DNA of 41,143 bases, taken from contig JBGSLP010000072.1 of the NCBI GenBank assembly GCA_041740655.1, positions 1-41,143 of the forward strand. The letters run 5' to 3'. This stretch comes from Alphaproteobacteria bacterium. GTDB taxonomy: Bacteria > Pseudomonadota > Alphaproteobacteria > Rhizobiales > Rhodomicrobiaceae. Shown one piece after another: positions 34,501 to 41,143 of the stretch. The number at the start of each line of letters is the position of its first letter. Positions within the stretch are counted from its first letter, which is position 1. The notes below the pieces were generated by a model. The model did no database searches. It was not told the origin of the DNA and was given only the letters and a program-made list of their open reading frames with translations. The position numbers and the translations under genes are program-made.

Positions 34501-35248
34501 GATTTTGCGCCGTGCCGCGAATGAACGGCCTCTCCGGGTTGAGCGCGCGGGCGCGGTGGGCGCGCACCAGATCGTCGCGGATCATGGCGCGGATGTGCTC
34601 GTCCGAGATCAGCTCCAGCGTGTTGATCTCGTGGGAGGTGCGAAAGCCGTCGAAGAAATGCATGAACGGCACGCGGCTCTCCAAAGTCGCGGCTTGAGCG
34701 ATCAGCGCCTGGTCGTGGGCTTCCTGCACAGAGGCGGAGGATAGCAGCGCGAAGCCGCTTGTCCGCACCGCCATCACGTCCGAATGATCGCCGAAGATCG
34801 ACAGCGCCTGCGTCGCGATCGAGCGCGCCGCCACATGGAACACGGTCGCGGTCAGTTCGCCCGCGATCTTGAACATGTTGGGCAGCATCAGCAGCAGCCC
34901 TTGGGAGGAGGTGAAGGTGGTGGTCATCGCGCCCGCTTGCAGCGCGCCATGGACGGTGCCAGCCGCCCCGCCTTCGCTCTGCATTTCCTGAACGACGGGC
35001 ACGTTGCCCCAGATGTTTTTCAGCCCTTCGGATGACCACTGATCCGCCAGTTCCGCCATGGTGGACGACGGCGTGATCGGATAAATCGCGCAGACCTCGT
35101 TCACGCGATAGGCGATGTGCGCGCACGCCGTGTTGCCGTCGATCGTGGTTTTCACGCCAGCTTTTAAAGCGGGTTTGGGGATCGCTACGGTGATTTTCTC
35201 ATCGGGCGCTACGACGGCAACAGCCGCTTTTCCGGTCAACCAGTTCAT
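31526..35248 (-). CDS. nifJ: Pyruvate:ferredoxin (flavodoxin) oxidoreductase, single-polypeptide type
   Basis: The N-terminus reads [28 protein letters not shown]. Ferredoxin-domain motifs are [13 protein letters not shown] and [12 protein letters not shown]. The TPP motif reads [40 protein letters not shown]. The ATG at 35248 overlaps the upstream stop (TGATG). The track ORF start at 35485 was rejected. Confidence 0.9.
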   Translation of the reverse strand: [1240 protein letters not shown]

Positions 35249-36948
35249 CACGCCACACCTATTCCGTTTGAGGTCACTTGCGCCTCGCCATTCACGACGG
35301 CTTGGACGCTCGTCGCGGTTCCGGCGGGTTCGGGGATCATTTCCATGGCGTGGCATGGGCATTGCTCGACACAGACGGAGCAGCCCGTGCATAAATCGAA
35401 GTGGATTTCGTAGCCCCGGCCCGGCCCCAGCTTCTCGATAGCGTCTTCTGGGCATGCGGCGTAGCAATTGTCGCACTCGAAGCAATTGCCGCAGGAGAGG
35501 CAGCGTTTGGCTTCGTGTAGCGCGGCTTGCTGGCTGAGGCCGCCCATGATCTCGGTGAAGCCCTTGAGGCGCGTCACGACGGGCGCTTCGATCTGGGAGG
35601 ATTGCTCGGCGTCGGCATAAATCGGCAGGTTCAGCATGGCGAAGCTGACGAGCGGCGCGAGCGCGGCCTCGGTACGCTTCTCACCCTGCAACCAGGCATC
35701 GATATTGCGAGCGGCTTTTTTGCCGTGGCCGGTAGCGGAGGTCACGGTGCGGTCGCCTGGCACCAGATCGCCGCCCGCGAAAATGCCGGGCGCGCCGGTC
35801 ATCATGTCAGGGGCAACGATCACCGTGCCGTCGGGTTTGAATGCGACGCCTGTCAGCTTGCTTAGGAAGCCGCTATCCGCCGCTTGGCCAAGCGCGAGCA
35901 CCACCGAGTCTGCTTGCAGCGTCTCAAACTCGCCCGTGGGCTGCGGCTTGCCGTCCGCGTCGAGCGCCATGATCTCGACCTTGATATCCCCGTGGCCGAT
36001 GTCGCGAATGCTGGACAGCCACTTGATCTTAATCCCCTCGGCGAGCGCTTCCTCGGCCTCGAAGGCGTTGGCCTCCATGTGCGCGCGGTCGCTGAAGAAC
36101 ACGATCGTGGCTTCCTCCGCGCCCAGACGCTTAGCGGTGCGGGCGGCGTCCATCGCCGTGTTTCCTGCGCCGTAAACCGCTACCCGGCGGCCAAGCTTGG
36201 GCGCCGCGCCCATTTCAGTACTGCGCAGCAGGCTGACGGCGGTCAGCACGCGACCCGCATCCCGCGCCGGGATGTCGATGCGCTTGCCAATCTGCGTGCC
36301 GATGGCGATAAAAACAGCGTCGAAATTGCCCGCTTGTTTCTCGGCGGCCACGTCCTCCACCTTGTGGTTGAGAACGATCTTCACGCCCATCTCTTCGATG
36401 CGTTTGATCTCATGCATGAGGTCTGCGCGCGGCAGCCGGTAGGCCGGAATGCCGAAATGCATCATGCCCCCCGGCATCGGCGCCGCGTCGTGGATTTCCA
36501 CCGCATGACCCAGCCGCCGGAGGTGATAGGCCGCCGAAAGTCCGCTCGGTCCCGCGCCCACCACTAGCACGCGCTTGCCCGTGGGCTTCCCGACGGGCAC
36601 TTTCCAGCCTTGCTCGGAGGCCAGATCGCCAAGATACCGTTCGACCGCGTGGATGCTCACCGCGCTGTCGAGGTCTTTGCGGTTGCAGGCCGTTTCGCAG
36701 GGGTGATAGCAGACGCGCCCATGGACGGCGGGAAACGGGTTATCCTCGACAAGTTTCAGCCAAGCCTTCTGAAACCGTCCAGCCTGCGCATGGTCGAGCC
36801 AGGCCTGAATATCCTCGCCAGCGGGACAAGCGTTATTGCAGGGCGGCAGAAGGCTGACATAGATTGGTCGGTTCACCCTCGCCGGGCCGGTGCCCTTCTC
36901 GTGGGTGATATCGATTATAGGGGTCATATCGCGGGTCTGTATGGTCAT
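35248..36948 (-). CDS. GltD/NfnB/PreT-like NAD(P)H-FAD oxidoreductase with C-terminal 2x[4Fe-4S] ferredoxin domain
   Basis: The N-terminal Fe-S region reads PPCNNACPAGEDIQ...VCYHPCETACNR. The FAD site is VLVVGAGPSGLSAAYHL and the NAD(P) site is VAVYGAGNTAMDAART. The C-terminal clusters read CLSCGNCFECDNCYAACP and CTGCSVCVEQCP. Confidence 0.85.
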   Translation of the reverse strand: MTIQTRDMTPIIDITHEKGTGPARVNRPIYVSLLPPCNNACPAGEDIQAWLDHAQAGRFQKAWLKLVEDNPFPAVHGRVCYHPCETACNRKDLDSAVSIHAVERYLGDLASEQGWKVPVGKPTGKRVLVVGAGPSGLSAAYHLRRLGHAVEIHDAAPMPGGMMHFGIPAYRLPRADLMHEIKRIEEMGVKIVLNHKVEDVAAEKQAGNFDAVFIAIGTQIGKRIDIPARDAGRVLTAVSLLRSTEMGAAPKLGRRVAVYGAGNTAMDAARTAKRLGAEEATIVFFSDRAHMEANAFEAEEALAEGIKIKWLSSIRDIGHGDIKVEIMALDADGKPQPTGEFETLQADSVVLALGQAADSGFLSKLTGVAFKPDGTVIVAPDMMTGAPGIFAGGDLVPGDRTVTSATGHGKKAARNIDAWLQGEKRTEAALAPLVSFAMLNLPIYADAEQSSQIEAPVVTRLKGFTEIMGGLSQQAALHEAKRCLSCGNCFECDNCYAACPEDAIEKLGPGRGYEIHFDLCTGCSVCVEQCPCHAMEMIPEPAGTATSVQAVVNGEAQVTSNGIGVA

Positions 36949-36975
36949 GCCGTTATCTCCAGGAGCCGCTTAACC

Positions 36976-38274
36976 TTAAACTTTGACGGGTGCGCCAATT
37001 GGCGGGATGACAATGAGCGGCGCGTGCGCTGCGGAGCCTGTTTCTTTCAGAAAGAATGCGAGCACGATGCCGACTGCGATGGCGGCAAGGCCCAAGAGGC
37101 CCCATTGCTGGAAGTCCTGCAGATCCAGCGGCGCGCCGCGCGATATCTTCTGCAACGCCCATCCAGCCAAAGGCGCGGCAATCGCGCTGAGCGTGAAGAC
37201 CAGGAAATTCATCGCCCCCGTCGCGCTGCCTTTCACGCCGTCCGGATTGACTTCCTTGATTATGGCGTAAGGGATCATGGCGGCGCCAGACGCGAAGCCG
37301 AACAGGAACCCGCCGAGGTAGGGCGGCAGAATTTCCGGCGGCAGATAAAGGATGGCGGCGGCAAGTGCGAGCATGGCGAAACCGCTGACGATCAGCACGG
37401 GTTTACGGCGGCCCATCCGGTCGGCGATGTAGCCCAGGATCGGCGCGCCAAAGACCCAGCCGAGCGGTATCATGGCTGCCCGATTAACCGCCGTTGCGTG
37501 ATCGACTCCAAACCCCTGCTGAAGCATCGGCACGCCCCAGATCATGTCGCCAATTGTTGTGGGCAGGAACAACAGCCCCGCGCAAAAGCCGCACAGATAG
37601 GATTGCGGATTGGAAAGGACGATTTTGTAGGGCGCGAACATTTGCAGCAGCGAGCCTCGCCCGGCCGGCGTGCGATCGGACTCAGTTGGCGTCGCAAAGA
37701 ATGTGATGACGGCCAGAACCGCGCAAACTGCGCCGGAATAAAGCCAGAAATCCTGCCAGGTGACAACGCCGTGCACGAGCGGCGAGACGGCGAACTGCCC
37801 GGCGAACCCGCCCAGCATGCCGAACATTTGCGTCGCGCCAACCGCCGTCGCCAGGAAACGCGCCGGGAACCCGCGCGCCGCGAGATACACCGCGCCGACA
37901 AATGCAAATGCCGAGCCTGCGCCCTGCAACAGCCTGCCAATGTAGGCCTCTGTGACAGTGCCCCAGCCAAACAAAACCGTTCCCAAGGCCAGACAAGCGA
38001 TGCCCGCCGGGATCGTCCACTTCGCGCCATACCGGTCGAGCGATGCGCCCGCGAACAGCGCGAACGTGGCATAAGTGAAGAAATAAACGCCGAGCAGCGA
38101 GCTGAGGCCGAGCGCATTTAAATTCCACGCCGTAGTCAATTCCGGCACCATCACGCCAGGCGCGGACCTGAGCGCATATTGGATGAAGTAGAACACGGCG
38201 CATAGCAGCCACGCCGCGATGAAAAGCTTGTGAAATTCGCCCGAGCTGCGCGTACCGACTTGAGTTGGCGCCAT
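36976..38274 (-). CDS. MFS transporter
   Basis: Twelve hydrophobic segments are present. The motif-A-like loop reads GASLDRYGAKW. Only 27 nt separate it from the next gene on the same strand. Confidence 0.85.
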   Translation of the reverse strand: MAPTQVGTRSSGEFHKLFIAAWLLCAVFYFIQYALRSAPGVMVPELTTAWNLNALGLSSLLGVYFFTYATFALFAGASLDRYGAKWTIPAGIACLALGTVLFGWGTVTEAYIGRLLQGAGSAFAFVGAVYLAARGFPARFLATAVGATQMFGMLGGFAGQFAVSPLVHGVVTWQDFWLYSGAVCAVLAVITFFATPTESDRTPAGRGSLLQMFAPYKIVLSNPQSYLCGFCAGLLFLPTTIGDMIWGVPMLQQGFGVDHATAVNRAAMIPLGWVFGAPILGYIADRMGRRKPVLIVSGFAMLALAAAILYLPPEILPPYLGGFLFGFASGAAMIPYAIIKEVNPDGVKGSATGAMNFLVFTLSAIAAPLAGWALQKISRGAPLDLQDFQQWGLLGLAAIAVGIVLAFFLKETGSAAHAPLIVIPPIGAPVKV

Positions 38275-38283
38275 GACCTGATT

Positions 38284-38302
38284 CTCCTGAACTTTTCAGG
38301 AG
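38284..38302 (-). promoter_or_regulatory. Perfect 7-bp hairpin enclosing the MFS Shine-Dalgarno sequence
   Basis: The mRNA sense reads CUCCUGA-AAAGU-UCAGGAG-AAUCAGGUC-AUG. The only GGAG upstream of the ATG at 38274 lies in the 3' arm of the stem. Confidence 0.35.
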
Positions 38303-38432
38303 CATGACGTACCGCCAGTTTGGCCACTTTGCGCAATGTCAAAGCCCAGTCGATTTTGCCATTTGATTTATGTCATAGCGCGCGCAGTGCTTTGAGCGTT
38401 GTTAGAGGCTTCGCAACAACGGAGAGACCGCC

Positions 38433-38849
38433 ATGAAGGGCTTTGTCGAAGACATTGAAAAATTGACCGAAGATAATGACGATTTCCGCCGCGTTCTCTA
38501 CACCGGCAAACACATTCAGGTGGTGCTGATGTCGTTAGCGCCGGGCGAGGACATTGGCGAGGAAGTACACGCCGACGGAGACCAGTTTTTCCGCGTGGAA
38601 AAGGGCAAGGGCGAGGTTGTGATCGACGGCAAGCGCACCAAAGTTAAGGGTGATGACGCCATCGTCGTGCCAGCCGGCGCGCGGCATAATGTAATCAACA
38701 CCGGAGATAAGCCCCTAAGGCTTTACACCATCTATGGCCCGCCAAGACACCGCGATGGGTTCGTCGCGGCAAAGAAAGCCGACGCCCAGGCCTCGACAGA
38801 GCGCTTTGACGGAAAAACGACGGAGAGAACTATTGAGAACAGTCGATAA
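38433..38849 (+). CDS. Cupin-domain protein
   Basis: The cupin motifs read GEDIGEEVHADGDQFFRVEKGKGEV...VVPAGARHNVIN. Confidence 0.75.
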   Translation: MKGFVEDIEKLTEDNDDFRRVLYTGKHIQVVLMSLAPGEDIGEEVHADGDQFFRVEKGKGEVVIDGKRTKVKGDDAIVVPAGARHNVINTGDKPLRLYTIYGPPRHRDGFVAAKKADAQASTERFDGKTTERTIENSR

Positions 38850-38855
38850 CGCGCT

Positions 38856-38887
38856 GCGATCATGATCGCTCTCTGTGTTTCTTTATT
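38856..38887 (+). terminator. Weak intrinsic-terminator-like hairpin plus T-rich tail
   Basis: The palindrome GCGATCATGATCGC is followed by TCTCTGTGTTTCTTTATT, directly after the cupin stop. The stem is short. Confidence 0.3.
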
Positions 38888-38918
38888 GCTTGGGCGGATC
38901 TGATTCAAGGGGTACGAA

Positions 38919-39620
38919 ATGAGCCGTCTTCGCCAACACCCGGAGAACCATCTTGTCGACCGCATTGGCTGGTTGCGCGCGGCCGTGCTCGGCGCGAATG
39001 ACGGCATCATTTCGACCGCCAGCATCATTGTGGGCGTCGCGGCCGCCACTGCCACGCAAAGCGACGTGTTGATCGCGGGCGTCGCGGGGATGGTGGCAGG
39101 GGCCATGTCGATGGCGGCGGGCGAATATGTGTCGGTGAGTTCGCAATCGGATACGGAGCGGGCCGATCTGGCGCGCGAGACCAAGGAATTGGCGGAAGAT
39201 GCCGATGGCGAACTTGATGAGCTTGCTGAAATTTATGTAAAACGCGGCGTGGATGTGACGCTGGCCCGACAAGTCGCGCAGCAATTAACGGCGAAGGACG
39301 CGCTCGGCGCTCACGCCCGCGACGAGCTTGGCATTTCCGAAATCACCACCGCGCGGCCTGTGCAGGCGGCTCTGACTTCGGCGGTCACGTTCGCGGTGGG
39401 CGCGGCGATGCCATTGCTCATGGTCGCCTTGGCGCCCGCGAACATGCTTATGACGCTCGTATCGTTTGCTTCGCTCGGTTTTCTCGCGCTTCTCGGCGCA
39501 ATAGGGGCAAAAGCCGGCGGCGCAAATATCTGGCGCGCGACGGCACGAGTGACGTTCTGGGGCGCACTCGCGCTGGCGATCACCGCTGGCATCGGCAAAC
39601 TATTCGGCACGGTGGTTTAA
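38919..39620 (+). CDS. VIT1/CCC1-family iron/manganese transporter
   Basis: WLRAAVLGANDGIISTASIIVGVAAA, MAAGEYVSVSSQ and the acidic cytoplasmic helix region ERADLARETKELAEDADGELDELAEIY are typical of the family. C-terminal TM segments follow. Confidence 0.85.
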   Translation: MSRLRQHPENHLVDRIGWLRAAVLGANDGIISTASIIVGVAAATATQSDVLIAGVAGMVAGAMSMAAGEYVSVSSQSDTERADLARETKELAEDADGELDELAEIYVKRGVDVTLARQVAQQLTAKDALGAHARDELGISEITTARPVQAALTSAVTFAVGAAMPLLMVALAPANMLMTLVSFASLGFLALLGAIGAKAGGANIWRATARVTFWGALALAITAGIGKLFGTVV

Positions 39621-41143
39621 TCCGTAATTCCAGTTGTTTTTCGGCTGAACCAGTTGGGCATAAGTCCACCCCAAGCTGGTTTGATCTGGTGGCTTGAAGC
39701 GGCTGCGGGCGTAGGCTCCGCGGTCGCTGACTTTAAATCGAGGACGACGGAATAGAGCGTTGTATCGTCCGGCGTTTGCTCGACGCTGAAGCCAAGCTCG
39801 CGGCACATGTGAATCATGGTCGTGTTTTCGTGCATGACGTTGCCGCGCATCTCGATCAAGCCTTCGCTGCGGGCATAATCGATCAGGTGTCGCATCAGCG
39901 CCCAGCCGAGGCCCTGCCCCTTCAAATCCGAGCGCACGAGGATCGCATATTCGGCATGCTCGTAATCCGGATCGGCGAAAAAGCGGGCGGCGCCGAGCAT
40001 TTCAGGGTCGCCGTACGTCGCCGGGCGCAGGGCGATGAACGCCATTTCCCGCCCATAATCGATTTGGGTCAGCCGGGCAAGAAACTCATGCGTAAACTCG
40101 TCGATGGGCGTGAACATGCGAAGGCGCATATCGCTGGGCGTGACTTTCGCCATGAAGGCGGCGTAGTGGCGCTCATCGTCCGGGCGGATGGGGCGAATAA
40201 GCACGTCGCGGCCATCGCGTAGCTTTTGGGTGGTCTCCCATCGCGCAGGATATGGCCGGATCGCGGGAGGCGGCGCGGGGTGTTTTGCGGTGTCCTCAAC
40301 CCGGATACGCGCATCGAGCGCGATCATACCCTTGTCATCGACGAGGAGCGGGTTGATATCCAACTCGCGGATCGACGGGTGTTGCGTGGCGAGCGCGCTG
40401 AGTTTGACGAGACACAGCGCGAGGCCTGCCAAATCAACCGGCGGCTTATCCCGAAAGCCTTTCAGAAGTTTGTAAACGCGGGTCGACCCGATGAGGTCGG
40501 TCGCCATCATCAGGTCGAGCGGCGTCAGCGCCATCGCAGTGTCGCCGATGACCTCGACACCTGTGCCGCCAGCACCGAACAGGATCACGGGGCCGAAGGT
40601 CGGATCGACTGTGATGCCCAGAATGAGTTCATAAGCGTCGGGCCGGGTGATCATCGGCTGCACCGTGACGCCGTCCAGCGTCGCATCGGGCCGTTTCGCC
40701 TTAATGTCGGCGAGCATCTGGCGCGTGACGTTTTCGACCTCATCCGCCGATCGCAGATCGAGGCGCACGCCGCCAATGTCGGATTTGTGGGAGAGGTTGG
40801 CCGAGAGGATTTTCACCACAATCGAGGTGTGGTCGCGCAGCAATTCTTCTGCGGCTTTCCGCGCAGCTTCGGGTGTCGCCGCGATGCGCGTCGGCACCGT
40901 CGGGATGCCATAGGCGGCGAGCACGGCCTTGGCCTCTGGCTCGCTCATCAGCTTGCGGCCCTCTTTCAACGCGCGTCCGATGCTGATATCGACCGCCTCC
41001 GCATCGAAATGCATGTCGGCGGGCCAGGCGGGCGGCGTATGCATTAATTCAGCCTGCGCCCGGCCATGGCGGGCCAACTGCATGATGCCGCGCACGGCCG
41101 CGCCGGGCGTCTCGAAATCGGGGATGTTCGCGTCGCGGAAAAG
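39617..41143 (-). CDS. ADP-forming acyl-CoA synthetase-like / GNAT fusion (Pat-type protein acetyltransferase-like), N-terminus outside the window
   Basis: The frame is open to the window edge. The ATP-grasp subdomain reads EPEAKAVLAAYGIPTVPT...IVVKILSANLSHKSDIGGVRLDL. The C-terminal GNAT domain reads EYAILVRSDLKGQGLGWALMRHLIDYARSEG. The gene overlaps the VIT gene end by 4 nt, convergently. Confidence 0.85.
   Translation of the reverse strand, partial: LFRDANIPDFETPGAAVRGIMQLARHGRAQAELMHTPPAWPADMHFDAEAVDISIGRALKEGRKLMSEPEAKAVLAAYGIPTVPTRIAATPEAARKAAEELLRDHTSIVVKILSANLSHKSDIGGVRLDLRSADEVENVTRQMLADIKAKRPDATLDGVTVQPMITRPDAYELILGITVDPTFGPVILFGAGGTGVEVIGDTAMALTPLDLMMATDLIGSTRVYKLLKGFRDKPPVDLAGLALCLVKLSALATQHPSIRELDINPLLVDDKGMIALDARIRVEDTAKHPAPPPAIRPYPARWETTQKLRDGRDVLIRPIRPDDERHYAAFMAKVTPSDMRLRMFTPIDEFTHEFLARLTQIDYGREMAFIALRPATYGDPEMLGAARFFADPDYEHAEYAILVRSDLKGQGLGWALMRHLIDYARSEGLIEMRGNVMHENTTMIHMCRELGFSVEQTPDDTTLYSVVLDLKSATAEPTPAAASSHQIKPAWGGLMPNWFSRKTTGITD

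Noticed and set aside
1-41143. Search by eye for CRISPR arrays, rRNA, prophage structural genes, toxin-antitoxin pairs or known defence-system genes.
   Set aside because: No regularly spaced direct repeats were seen. No nuclease, helicase or methyltransferase motif clusters were seen, and no phage-like gene blocks. The unusual content of this window is metabolic or envelope-related and mobile-element debris rather than a recognisable defence island.

Overview
GC-rich, alphaproteobacterium-like chromosomal segment (taxon is inference only). Conserved housekeeping and accessory operons alternate with decayed, visibly AT-richer patches. No rRNA gene, intact tRNA gene or CRISPR array is visible.

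Layout, left to right:
- 1-2.5 kb: 3' part of a Cu(I) P1B-ATPase, then a metal-transporter graveyard. It holds an Nramp/MntH 3' fragment, a multiply disrupted short CDF gene carrying a 50-56 nt tRNA-Asn-like insertion, and a second CDF C-terminal remnant.
- 2.5-4.4 kb: AT-rich islet with one GT87/DUF2029-type membrane glycosyltransferase, ending at a tRNA-like 3' fragment.
- 4.5-7.6 kb: Tat-exported beta-propeller, DUF305, ECF sigma and anti-sigma in one minus-strand operon.
- 7.8-12.2 kb: putative envelope operon, divergent from an OmpR/histidine-kinase pair. It encodes two tandem paralogous Gly/Cys-repeat secreted proteins, a di-iron fatty-acid-hydroxylase-family membrane protein and a Cys-rich-repeat secreted protein.
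- 12.2-15.3 kb: internally deleted IS3-family remnant, an orphan circularly permuted ATP-grasp gene, MFS and ChrA gene fragments, and a tRNA-Lys-like 3' fragment.
- 15.3-22 kb: USP-cytochrome c, then an APH/P-loop kinase, cytochrome c and a small membrane protein, then a Mla-like ABC system with domain fusions and a third cytochrome c.
- 22.4-28.2 kb: TetR plus a YbhGFSR-like ABC-2 exporter.
- 28.3-38.3 kb: a frameshifted gene and a VOC protein, followed by the locus I consider most worth follow-up. It is a tightly coupled operon of MFS, GltD-like flavoprotein with a fused 2x[4Fe-4S] domain, PFOR (NifJ), a DHOD-like protein lacking the catalytic Cys/Ser, and a Tat-leader Acg-family nitroreductase.
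- 38.4-41.1 kb: cupin, VIT-family transporter, and a partial ADP-forming acyl-CoA synthetase/GNAT (Pat-like) gene.

Limits: all family calls rest on motif recognition by eye. Frameshift positions and fragment borders are approximate. No database search or computation was run.
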